A stretch of DNA of 64,000 bases from NCBI RefSeq assembly GCF_001949145.1, contig NW_019091355.1, forward strand, positions 4,785,518 to 4,849,517, written 5' to 3'. Below the pieces are notes generated by a model. That model had not been told where the DNA came from. It was given only the letters and a program-made list of their open reading frames with translations, and ran no database searches. A program made the position numbers and the translations under genes. Below are positions 41,082 to 53,985 of this stretch, piece after piece (the stretch's first letter is position 1; every line of letters begins with the position of its first letter). The stretch comes from Acanthaster planci. Lineage: Eukaryota.

Positions 41082-44000
41082 GAGACTGGGAAACCCACAC
41101 AGACACCTCAGGGTGGTGGCAGGATTTGGTGATCCAAGCAGATAAACAAACCTAACCGAGTAACAATCTCCACAGAGTACTGAAAAACTCTTGAGCCCCA
41201 AAATGTCACGACATCCACGACAAGAAAACAAAAAATGTCCCGGCAGCAGATGCAGGTGTTCTCGAAGAGATGCAGCAAGGAAGGGATGGCTGAGGGATCA
41301 GTGGGCAATCACAGACTCTGACATAATAAGGTCTCGCAAAGATCAGCGGAGATGTGAGCTACATTAGTTCCGCTACAGACCACAGATCTTTTTACCTCCG
41401 CTATGCTGACCCCCCCTCCCCTCTTGCCACAAGACGCTCACGCATGAATCAATAATGAGCCGGTGCAATCAGTGTAGAGGTTTTTTTATCCAGAGAGAAT
41501 CCATGGAATTCCACAACCAAAAATGGGTTCAGTTTACTGACGACCAGCGCATATCAACCATCTCCCTGGAAAGAAAAAAAATTTTCATCCATATGGATAT
41601 TTTTGTCCTTTCCTCAAACTGACAGATGAAGAAACATCTGAAGGGTGTCTAGCTGGCGCAGGTGGATTGAAATAACCCCTAGGAGTAACCTCTTGAAAAA
41701 TGCTTAATGAGGCAAGTTCAGTCGAGTTTGTGCCAATCAGCTCATCATTGAAAATTTTTTTAATTCACAAGACTGACAATGTGCACATGAATAAACACAG
41801 CACTGCATCTCTCCCGGCCGGCCGAGGACAACCTCTCCTCAAAAGGTGTTTGTGCATGGGTGACAGAGGTGTGTTAGTCTTTCAAAAAGGTGACGCTACT
41901 GATGACTGGCAGCCATCTTGGACGGTACCACTTTTGAGGATGGGTGCTTCTGCCTTCAGCGGGCAAATCAAGATGCCTCTTTGCACACTGCTCGAGACAT
42001 TCAATCAGATGTTACATCCAAAGAAAAAACTACTACACATATTAACAATACACATTACACAACCCTGAAGTACTGAAACCTTCTCTCCCTCCCCATAAAC
42101 AAATGTCAAATTGAAATGTCACCTCATGTACTTCAGAGCAGACATTCAGCAGTTTTTATTGGTCATGCTTGATGTATTCTGACCTTCATGCTTAACCCCT
42201 TATTACATTAATCCTTGAACTCATTCATTACATACATGTATACGCACACCCCCCCTCGTGCAAAAATGGGTGCTGAGCATGGAATGAGGATTTTTAGCTT
42301 AAAATTTTGTTTCATCCGTTTCTTTTCCTGAGAGCTTTCAGCAGAGTAGCCTTCCATATTAGTAGTAATAGTAAAGTTGTACATAGGTCAGTCTACAGAT
42401 TTTGGGGTCCGACGTGACATTCTTCCGTCCCTATTACAGCTTACATGTACATGTGTTCAACGACAAGAGATATATCACTGAAATTGATTTCAAAACTATT
42501 TTCATTTGTTTGTCAGGTAATTTGCATTACTTATTCAATCTTAGAAATTATAAAGACTGAGTTCTATCGATTCAAAAATCATACGCCAAGTGTAACAGTG
42601 ATGGGTGGAAAATTGGTACCCAAATTTACAGAATGACCCCCATTATCAACAGGCTGACTCATACATACATGTATGTAGGCCTACCGGTATGTGATGCCAG
42701 CACACACTACACTAACAAGCTAAAAAGCTGGCTCAACATCTGCTACTATTTGGATAAACAGTGTATCAGAAAGATCTAACATTTTGCATGCACTGACTTA
42801 ATTGAAGTGCTCCAAGAATAGAGAAGACACAACACAGTCAAGTGGGTGTGGACATCAGCGTGCACATGCATGTGCAATGTATGTATGTACATGTGCATGT
42901 ACAATGTACATGTCAATGTACATGTCAGTGTACATGTACAATGTACATGCTTAACCCTGACAGTGCTCAATCCAACAATTTCAAAACGATTTTTAAAGGT
43001 GAATTTTGTACTGCAAGTGACTGGAAGTGAAAGTTATGGCTACATGTGTATACTGTAGATAAATAGCTTTAAAAAATGGCTGTACGCAGCTCTAAAAAAA
43101 ACCCAGAAATGTAATCTAAAATGGCTACATCTAACAAATTGGCTGTGGCATTTGGTTGCCATTATAGTGTGCAAAATGGCTACACATGGTAACTTACACA
43201 TTTGTAAATCACTCCTAAAAAAAAGAAAAATGCTGCCAAAATGGCTGATCATGAATTAAAAATGTGTCCATGGAAAGTTGGTGTGAAAAATTACCATGAC
43301 TACCATTTTCCGACCATTTTGTGCTGCCGTGGGCATCAGTGCAGTTCCATTTTGACGATGTACCAGTGCGTATGTACCATTCACATAAAAAGATTTATTC
43401 TGAATTTTTTTTAATCTATTCACTTGAGCATTTTGTGTCAAAGGAAAACAATTGGATAGACTAATCAGAGTCAGGTGTGTTTTTAGGTGACAATTTTAAG
43501 GAAATCCCTGCTCAAATCGCTCCTGGACTTGTGAACTGTAAACACACCTATTAGTCACCTATAATGATCAATGAGTCATACAACGATTAACATCGCCCCT
43601 CCCCATTGGCCTTTTCATTAAGCCACCCAGCACATGCAGCATGTTCCAAAAACTGGACAAAAAAATTCTTAATACATGTGTGGTGACTCCCCAAGGAAAA
43701 CTGGTCACAAGGTTCATGTGCATTGATGTATGGGGCATTTTTTTAATGAAAAGAGAACGAAAGTCAGACAGAGGACCAAATTTGAAAGTCTGTTCGTAGC
43801 GGACAATGTGTCATTAGATTTTCTATCAAGCACAAATACAGGTATGTGCTTCTGAGAAAGTGAACTGCTGCACATTTATTTGTCAACTGGTACCTTCCAT
43901 TCTACAGTAATGCTTATACTGGTAACCGGGCAATTGTGCCTAACATACGTAAAGCAATGCCCCTTAGAGTGCATCACTACATGTAAGTGCGACGCATATT

Positions 44001-44098
44001 TAATATTTTGCTATTAAAAATTTCAGAGAGTTCTACATAAATACACGTATGTAATGTTACGCAAAACATGCAGTTTATAGCAGCTTTCAATATTCTTT

Positions 44099-44386
44099 TA
44101 ATGAAATTGCTCACATTCTTACATCTGAGGATTGTTCCAAGGGGAATGAGAACTTTGGTTCCTGAGCTAAAGATATGTGTAAGTTTAGATTGTAATGAAA
44201 TTGCTCACATTCTTACATCTGAGGATTGTTCCAAGGGGAATGAGAACTTTGGTTCCTGTGCTAAAGATATGTGTAAGTTTAGATTGTAATGAAATTGCTC
44301 ACATTCTTACATCTGAGGATTGTTCCAAGGGGAATGAGAACTTTGGTTCCTGAGCTAAACATACGTGTAAGTTTAGATTATAATGA
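44099..44386 (+). repeat. Minisatellite: 94-bp unit x3, nearly identical
   Basis: The unit atgaaattgctcacattcttacatctgaggattgttccaaggggaatgagaactttggttcctgagctaaagatatgtgtaagtttagattgta starts at 44101, 44195 and 44289, with only a few substitutions. Confidence 0.95.
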
Positions 44387-46928
44387 TGACTCATTTTTCG
44401 AAACCCAGTTCTGTACAAAACATTCATCTATAAAAGCACGCCCAAAAGTATCATGGAATTGGCCCTTATGATTCTGCAATGCAAACAAGGAAGTACCCCA
44501 CACGTAAATGTATGCAAATGTAATTTTTTTCCTTTCTTCTGCAACACTGCTCTCGGGAATAAAAGGTTAAGAACCTAAAGGAAAGTAACAAACAAGACTA
44601 GAGTTCCAACTCTATCCTGAAATCATTCTCTTTGTTTACAGTTTGGTTTCTAGCAGTCAAAACATACTGAAATAACAATGCCATGTACAACTACAGTTGC
44701 ATTTCCCCCCTGTCAAAGAGTGAACACATTCAAAGGGTAGAAAAAACCTGAGCTACAGTATTTGATCAATACAACGGGAAGCAAAACATACAGGTAGCTA
44801 TGGGCTACTCGCTTATTACTCAACAGTGACTCATCAACAAGAAGACTCAACACAGCTAATGCAGAACCATATTTTAAGACAGACGCATACATGTACATGT
44901 ACCAGTATATTCTTCATCAACTGCTCTTTTCAAAGAGACGGGAAATGTACTGCAGCTAATCACATTCATAAGCTGCACTTGCAGAATACGCCATGCATCT
45001 TCACCAACCCTCAGGGCTACTTTGAAGTCTTTTCATCATAATCTTTTCCCCGCACTCTCTCTGATCGAGCTTTGGATCAAAGCGATATGCTTTAAGCTTC
45101 CTTCCTAAGCGTCTTCTCTCCTGTTTGCCTTTTCATAAACAAACAGCGTCTCTCCGCTGAGGGCATTCAGATTGAATTGAATCTTTGCACATCCAATTTG
45201 GGAATCAAAAAAAGGCAGCTGAAAGATTCATAAAGATTTGTATCATTCCCTTGCTCTCCAGCAGGACTTACGTGCACATACATGTATGTTCTGGAAAATA
45301 TAGCAGAGAACAAGTTAACCATATTTCCCTTGGCAATTTAGGCTAATTAATGTAGCCATCTCTGGATATCCTTACAAAATGAAGTATTTGTATTACATAC
45401 TTGAAAAAAAGGAATCCCTCTTGGTCATGATGAAACCTGGAGTGTTGAATCCAGCAATTTACATGTTCAATCCACCACTTTAAATATTAAATCCAACATT
45501 TAAAGAATTGACACAACAATTTAAGAGTTAATTTTCCTTGAAACTTTCCTTTCCTGAATATAGTTTAATGAACATTTCAAAGACTGAACCAACAATGCTA
45601 ATGCTGCACTTGAAGTTTGTAATGCTAGATTGAACATATTCAAAGCATTGTGACTGCGGAGTACATTTAAACATAGGCTTCAAAACTTCTGTACTTAGAA
45701 TGTACATGTAGGTAAGCAAAGTCTGAGCATTTCGGAATCCAACCACCTTTGCAATCCAGGAGCTCAAGTATGACATCAGCTCCTCTCAAATCTTCTCCTC
45801 CCCTCACCTAATCAACCCTTCTCCCTTGGTGGTCCCCTTCCCTCTCTGCAAACAGTCCCTTATCTTTTGCTCACCAGTTTTCCTTCTTCACCTCACCTGA
45901 TGCAACTTGGGATTTCGGTGACCTGTGACCATTAACAGATTTTCTCCAATGATTGTCATAATGGGACAAACCACCAAAAGGGATGTACAGTGAACCATGA
46001 CATTGTTGCCGAAAATTTCATGCTTATAGGAAAAATTTACGGGCATGTGCATGCATGGTGCCAAAATGTAACGGAAAATTTCCGAGGAAATATCTGCAAT
46101 CAGTTTATTGCACTGTCTGAATTGCACTCAATTTCACTGTACCATGCTGGCTTACCAAGGATGAAGGATACTGTTCAATAATTTCTACAGCAAAGTCAGA
46201 CGATTTTGACATACCGGTATGTTACATAAAAAAATCAATTTGTGCAGATGTACAAAATGAGATTCTGCATGTAACCGTTTATTAGTAGTCGTAACACATC
46301 AACAATGTTTACATGTACGGCAGTTGTAAATTCCTTTCACTTCATCTACATGCATAAAATGCAAGATATTAAAATTGAAATTTATACCAACTGAGGTGAA
46401 ATTCAAGCCTTAACAAAAAGTCTCATGAATCAACCATGATGATTATATTCCCCTTTAGACACCGGTACAGGTTTGCTTAAACCAAAGATTAAAGTGCTTT
46501 CTGAATGATGATTAAATCATTCACAAAAGCCCAACTAATAATAAACTGCCCACTGCTAAAACACAGAAGAACCCACCCGAAGTTAATTGAATGGCGAGAT
46601 ATTGATTGTACAGATGTCTGAAGTGCATGTGTGTACATTAGACATGGGGGGGGCTTGCTGACGACTGTCGAGTATTCTACATCAGCTCATTTGGTGCAGA
46701 CAGCTGCAGAGCTGGGCCCTGCGCACATTATTACTAGCAGACTGCCACACCCCATGATGATTTGGATTGGTTCACCAGGTTGCCAACAGAGGGCAGCATT
46801 GATAGTACAGGGTGGCAGAGTGTACCATGTACACACACTGTACATACATGTACAAGTATTTGCATTTTTTTTAATATTTGGGCTTACATTGTAACTGTAC
46901 ATGTATATATTTGCAGACTGCTGATTAG

Positions 46929-47134
46929 TATAGCATAATTCGACCACCAGAATTCGAAGCCATTACTGAGGTGGCACAACGCTCGTGGACAGGTGGTAGC
47001 GCGCATTACATGTACACGCCTCTCCGACCAACAGAGTGTCGTGATTTGCTAAATGCACGCGCCCGTCAAGCTGAAGAATGTGCGTTTGAGTGCGGCGCCA
47101 TCGCAATTAGGGCGTCGAATCGGATTAGTCTATA
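46929..47134. mobile_element. Probable CpG-rich MITE with degenerate short TIRs and TA flanks
   Basis: Left tatagcataattcgac versus right gtcgaatcggattagtctata. The interior is much richer in CpG than the flanks. Confidence 0.4.
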
Positions 47135-50100
47135 CATTCTAGTATGTAAGATATGATGTGCTCCTTCTTAACACTGTAATCGTGTACACATACCACTACA
47201 GGTACTTATCTAACTCACTGTGACAATACAAAATAATGTAAACACCCCATCAAATAGTATGTCCATGTACCCGGAAGAGAGAATTTGGCCCTTCACATAC
47301 ATGTACATGTACCTACATGTACATGTACATATTGCGTGTCACTTTTGTGGGAGCATATCTGCTTATTTTCAAACCAATGTAAAAGTTTGAGATTCCTGAC
47401 TGTTGGCAGAACTAATGGAGTCCGTATTTTGCATGCACCAAATACACAAACTGAGAAAATTACAGAGATGGTCTAATTTCAGTTTCCTGGGCAGCACAAC
47501 CTTTACCACAAAAGAAAACAAAACATCCCTACGGAGTCTGAGCTCCCTGCACCCAGTAGCTCCCACCAGGCCTAAATGGATCTGGACCTTCTGCATTCTC
47601 CAAATAAACCTGGAATTATTCTTTCCAGCCCAGTACTGCCAATTGCTTCCTCAATATGCCCTACCACTTCCGCTTTCCATTACCTAGCTCTGATGTTGGC
47701 AATGAATCATGTTGAAATGCACTGTTGACATACAAACTAGTCACAAATAGGGACTCTATGAATAAGCTCCATGTAATTGTCCCATCCATCAAATTACTAG
47801 AGTGCTAACTACATTGTACATGTGTACATTTACTGTATGTAGTGGTTCCCTGCAGAGAGAAATGTTGGCACCTCCTGGGCACAGACAGTTTGAATTCGTG
47901 ACCACATTTGTCGAACATTGTGAAAAGAGACGGAACAAATTTCAAACAATGTACTCCAAATGCAACGTGCAAATGCAACATGCAAGTACAACACAGTCTG
48001 GGGTTTTTTGTTACCTTGGTATGACGCAAGAAACAGCCACAGTAAAATGCATCTGCAGAGCTATGTGCGGGCATCTGCATTGCTTACACCGAATGAAATG
48101 TAATGCTATTTCATGTATACTAATTTTGCACTTAAGTTTCTGCTGGTGCTTTATTGATGTATCATTTCAGAATACAGATGTACATGTAGATACGCACAAA
48201 TAGCCACGAGTGCAAAAGCCGTACAAAATTTCAAGTTTTCCAAACAGATACAAGAATTGGACCCACACAGCAGGCATCAATTTACACAAGTGAGCACTCT
48301 AGCTCTGTGGACTACACAGAGTTCTGAACAGAGACCATTTATTACAGTTCTTAGACCAGATGTTTACATTTTTATTTACATGAACTTCTGGTACAGCATG
48401 TACATGTACATGCATATGGACATTTGTGTCTGCATTGTTCACTAGGTGCAAGGGTTGGGCCTGAGTCTTGGTCTTAAGCCAAGAATTTTTGTGCATGTGC
48501 TGCATTCCTGGATTCTTTCCCAGCTTCATGTAAAAGGAATCGGTTGGTGTGCGATAGACCGAAATGTTGGGTTTGCACCTGCATGCACATGAGGGCGAAA
48601 CGGGCAAAGCGTTACTTAGGTTGCACCTGTACCCTTGACAGAGGTAATGTATGCTGTCAAATGGCAGTTGCAACAATGGACAAACTTTTAGAATTATGCA
48701 AACGGTCACTGTCGCCTTTCGGTGAGCTACAGTAAATGCACATATGTGATAGACTGGTACATGTACGTCATTAGAATCTCTGAGTTTAATGTAAAGTACA
48801 TGTACCGTACACAAAGTTATATCAGTTACATTGGGGGGTCAAAATGGTTTGTGGTGATTTGCAAAGAGGACTTTTTTATAAGCTTGCCTTTTGTGAACAA
48901 ACGAAATAAATTATGCATCTCTTGCCCAAGTCTTTTTTGTCAAATCAAGATGATTTTGAGATTTGAACAAAGTTGACAGTATTGCAGCGTCAGCATCAAA
49001 ATTTTCAAACTGTCAAAACCCTTATATAAATCTACTCCAAGCCCTGAGTTTAACCAAGTAAACTGCACACTGTGCAAATGTTTAGGTGAAAATTTATAGC
49101 TCAGCAAAAATGCAGCTAAGGGAAATTGTCCAGCTAAGCATGCCCAAAATGATACCAGACACGATTTTGTGTAATGCTTCAATGCAATACATAATCCTGA
49201 GTGACTGGTATTGCGTTGAACCAAACATGTACCGGTACATGCTTGGTGCTTAACACTGGATTACTGAGCAAGCCTAAGATACTGGTATTTGCCGCAAGGT
49301 ACCAGACCAGTCAAGTGTCATGCCTCTCCCAAATAAGAAAATCACCTCCACTGCTTTTCTGACACATCTCGGGAAGGCCAAATGCAGGTACATGATTACA
49401 CCATCACGTACCGTTACATCAACTACAATGTAAGTCGCAATTGAACGGTACCCTTCTGTCTGGCAAACCAGGCTAATCGCATTTACAACTCAGCCTGAAC
49501 ATTATTATTACCCTGGATAATGTTACACTCCCTGCTGCGTTGCACAGGGCTTGCACATGCATGTCCTATAGTCCCATTCGCCTACACTTTACAATACCCT
49601 TGTTTTCACCAACTTGTTTCACTTTCCCCCAAGTCTAGTGTAGCGATGTCAAATTTTGTCCACATTCATGCACTTAACAAAATCCAAAACAAAACATAAA
49701 CAGAATGATAAATGACCAGACTTTGAAATCCGAGGAGTACCAATGACAGTTGGTGAAAAGCAGAGTCAATTTCACCGCCGGAAAAGATTCAGACCTTGCC
49801 AGTTCCTACCAACAGTGTCTTTAGGGCTTCCATGTAAATCTGTCAACAAATGCATATCAAAATGTGCCCCCACTCCGTACATATGTACATGTTCATTCAG
49901 ATGGGGAGCAGTATCACGCCCGTTAGTTCAATGTTGCATATCGAAAGCACGCCCACTCATACATACATGTACAATCTGACTGTAAGCTCAAGACCAGGGA
50001 TAAAAGCCGTCTGGCTGAATAATGCGGTAGACATGAAAGCATATTTCATTTTGTCTGCTCCAATATTTGCAGCTAGCCTTGGATAGATGTGGGCCTACAT

Positions 50101-53100
50101 GTATATGTACGTCATGTATCTTTTTTTTTTTAATCTAAGTGTACATGTACATATGTGGGAGAGGGGCTCCATTCCAAATCCTTGAGCGCTGAATGTAAAT
50201 ATACGGGGGCCATGCATGCTGCGCCCGTGTGCACAGCTTCAATCAAAAATTGAATTTCAGCATTGATGTTCCCAGGGGGAGGGGGGGGAGCTGACGACAA
50301 TTTAAAATGAAGATCCACCTGCTTCTCAGATCTTGACTACTCTGGTATCCCAGGATGTTTTTACTACTCCGGTATCTCAGGATATTTTTTAACGTTCCCA
50401 AGTACGGCCAAGACCGCTCAATATCTTTGGACGTGAAGAGTTTCGAGAAAAAAAGACCTCTGCTTTTCCTTTGAACATCAACCACAAAATGATGGAGTAC
50501 TGTAAAGAATCAAATCAGATGGGAACGGCAAGGAAAGAATAATGACATCTGATTCAAAAAGGCGACATTGGGCATAACGCCACGGCAAGTGATCGTCCGA
50601 TGGGAAATGCAGCCTGAAGTAACGTAGTCCTGATCTGGCTTACTGTTGAGGCCGGGGGGCGCCTGAATCTGCTTCCCCCTCTAGGCCTTGGTAAACAGGT
50701 CATGCTCTAGAAGTATTTACCTTCCTAAACACTCCTGGGCATGTTTAAGGTAGTCTGCATTTCCCAAGCACAAGCCATCACAGTTTCATTAGAGTCGGAT
50801 GCTGTCTTTCAAAAAGAATTTCCTCCAAGCTTCAAACATGTCAAGTACTTTAAATATTCCAATTGACGGATACCCTGATTTTGAAAAAATAATTATTCCA
50901 AGCATGAAAGTGGAGATATGTGTATAAAGTAAAATAGGGCTCTATGAAACGTTTTCCCTCACAACAGACAGATAACACATTTACATACTATGTACAGAAT
51001 ACTTATTGGTACACACATGTACATGGTACAGTGCGAAATTGGAGGGAAAAAATATCCACAAAATGATCACCAAGGGTTAACTTTTCGAGGGCCCCACAGT
51101 AGTGTAGGGTCTGTAATATACATTTGTGTTTGTCTTAAGACACCCCTTAATAAAATACCAATTTCTTGTGCTGAGCATCACTTTTATATGTGAAAAACAT
51201 GTTAATGGTAAACTCAGGGTTTTCGGGATGTTAAGAGATTGTTTAAAAAATCCTGATGAAAAATCCTGAAATCAGGAAAACCCTGACAAATCTCACCCCA
51301 AGTGTACTCGTACTTCTTACTCAACTCCCAAAACTGTAGTTACAACCTCATAAAAATACATGTACATGTACACAGCTGTAACTGGCACCATGAAATCGGA
51401 GTTTGATTTCCTCAAAATATTGCAGCTTAAAAACTGCTATGCAATGCTTTGTTGGCATACACCAATTGGCTAATTTTGGGTAGCAGCGTTTTCAAAATGT
51501 GACTGCATAGAATAATATGTAATATATAAAATCCATATCAAAGAAAACAATAAAAAAAATAAAGTCAATTCAACAATGGTCTATCAAATCATTTTCAGAG
51601 CAAGTGGGTTCTCAGTCTAGGGCCAGAAAATGTTTAAAGTGGGTGGGTGCACAGGATCTGCCCACAGCAGCTGCACACGATGAACATTCTGGGCCCCCCC
51701 CTTTATTTTGATGAACTAAATTGCACTGTTGAAAGAATCTGGCCTTTACTTTGCTTTCAAAAGTGTGCACACTTGTGTTGGCTTTCTTGAGTGGCTGGCG
51801 ATGTCTTCCTAGTGAAAGGATATGTTGATGTACCCTAATATGACGCACATTGATTTTTCGCCTCTAGTGCCTTGCTGGAGCAATAATGTTACCTCTCATT
51901 TCATTATGTGAAATCGGAAACTCCTAACATTCTGATTCAAAAATCTTGATTTTACAATAATCTCGACCCGCTACAAAGTTCCAATGAAGTTTTTACTTTG
52001 ACTTGATTTTCCAATTTTTTCTGAAGTGCAAAATGAACTCTATAAAAACACACCCACAACATGAAACTAATCTTCTAACAACCCATTGGTTGGGTAAGGA
52101 GAGATATTAACAATTTGGCAGAATTTATCAACTTCAAAGAATTTCTTTAATGTTTATTTGAGTTTGGGGGAATTTTTTAAGAGCGCCATGTCGGCATAGT
52201 TGGGGAACACTCAGCTGAATTATTACCTTATTACTGGATGCAGCCAGTTTTGAATTTTGGATGAAATTTCATGACACTTAACATTCAACAGTTTCATCAG
52301 CATATACATGTACGAGGGTTATAGGATAAGCATTTAACAAAATGCAAATTTTTTCAACGAGTGATTTGGCAACAAGTCAAGTGAAAGTCGAAGTGCGCAA
52401 CATTAGGGCACTCTAAAAATTTATGTACAATTTGGTGGCACACGATGCACTTTGCTTTACATCGATCTTTCCTATAACCAAACACTTAAGTGAAGTAGTC
52501 AAAAACGAAACATCCATCATATTTTTTATTCTAGCAAACTGCAAGCTGAACTTGTTTTTCACTCTTCCATTGGTTAATTTTATATTTTCACAGCTGTAAC
52601 AACTGAAGTGAACAGTTAAAATAACGTCCAACTGTGAGACATGAAATGGTGCCCACGTTAGTCCGTCATGTACGTGCTGCATGCACAACGTGCTTGGAGC
52701 TGGCCATGCATGCTGTGCCGCACCACTTGCGCGAAATTCGTGAGCATTACTGGTTTCCTACTTCGGCTATCTCAAGTGAACAGAGTTGTGTGGGAACCAA
52801 TAAAGTGAGCTCCTCGATATCCGCATGTGTATTTCAAAGGATAACGTGCTCCACTGTACCGGTATGTGCATATTGAATCGTTTCAAGCATCACAGCATGA
52901 AGCCCTGTGCAATTATTTCAGAAAGTGCGTATAAGTAGCATTTGGTCAACACTGCATTGCAAAAAGCAATGCGATACAGGGGAAATCCAACACTGTATGA
53001 AATATGCATCAATGCATGTGCACAACCAAATGTCAAAACCTTACATGTATATTCTATGACAATTTTTCTTTTACTCCTCTTAATAACTCTCTAGTATAAA

Positions 53101-53101
53101 T

Positions 53102-53131
53102 CCTCCATGCACCCTCCATGCACCCTCCATG
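53102..53131 (+). repeat. 11-bp tandem repeat (CCTCCATGCAC)n running into an assembly gap
   Basis: cctccatgcac cctccatgcac cctccatg is immediately followed by N. Confidence 0.8.
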
Positions 53132-53985
53132 NNNNNNNNNNNNNNNNNNNNNNNNNNNNNNNNNNNNNNNNNNNNNNNNNNNNNNNNNNNNNNNNNNNNN
53201 NNNNNNNNNNNNNNNNNNNNNNNNNNNNNNNNNNNNNNNNNNNNNNNNNNNNNNNNNNNNNNNNNNNNNNNNNNNNNNNNNNNNNNNNNNNNNNNNNNNN
53301 NNNNNNNNNNNNNNNNNNNNNNNNNNNNNNNNNNNNNNNNNNNNNNNNNNNNNNNNNNNNNNNNNNNNNNNNNNNNNNNNNNNNNNNNNNNNNNNNNNNN
53401 NNNNNNNNNNNNNNNNNNNNNNNNNNNNNNNNNNNNNNNNNNNNNNNNNNNNNNNNNNNNNNNNNNNNNNNNNNNNNNNNNNNNNNNNNNNNNNNNNNNN
53501 NNNNNNNNNNNNNNNNNNNNNNNNNNNNNNNNNNNNNNNNNNNNNNNNNNNNNNNNNNNNNNNNNNNNNNNNNNNNNNNNNNNNNNNNNNNNNNNNNNNN
53601 NNNNNNNNNNNNNNNNNNNNNNNNNNNNNNNNNNNNNNNNNNNNNNNNNNNNNNNNNNNNNNNNNNNNNNNNNNNNNNNNNNNNNNNNNNNNNNNNNNNN
53701 NNNNNNNNNNNNNNNNNNNNNNNNNNNNNNNNNNNNNNNNNNNNNNNNNNNNNNNNNNNNNNNNNNNNNNNNNNNNNNNNNNNNNNNNNNNNNNNNNNNN
53801 NNNNNNNNNNNNNNNNNNNNNNNNNNNNNNNNNNNNNNNNNNNNNNNNNNNNNNNNNNNNNNNNNNNNNNNNNNNNNNNNNNNNNNNNNNNNNNNNNNNN
53901 NNNNNNNNNNNNNNNNNNNNNNNNNNNNNNNNNNNNNNNNNNNNNNNNNNNNNNNNNNNNNNNNNNNNNNNNNNNNNNNNNNNNN
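53132..53985. other. Assembly gap (N run); a second gap is at 2241-2324
   Basis: N characters. Confidence 1.

Noticed and set aside
44068..44471. ORFs with repeated peptides; possible CRISPR-like array
   Set aside because: Produced by a 94-bp tandem repeat (not a multiple of 3) with no unique spacers, in a eukaryotic context.
45267..45284. ATG TAT GTG CAC|gtaagt, a phase-0 mini first exon (MYVH)
   Set aside because: The ATG comes from a TACATG motif. It shows that such short matches occur by chance.
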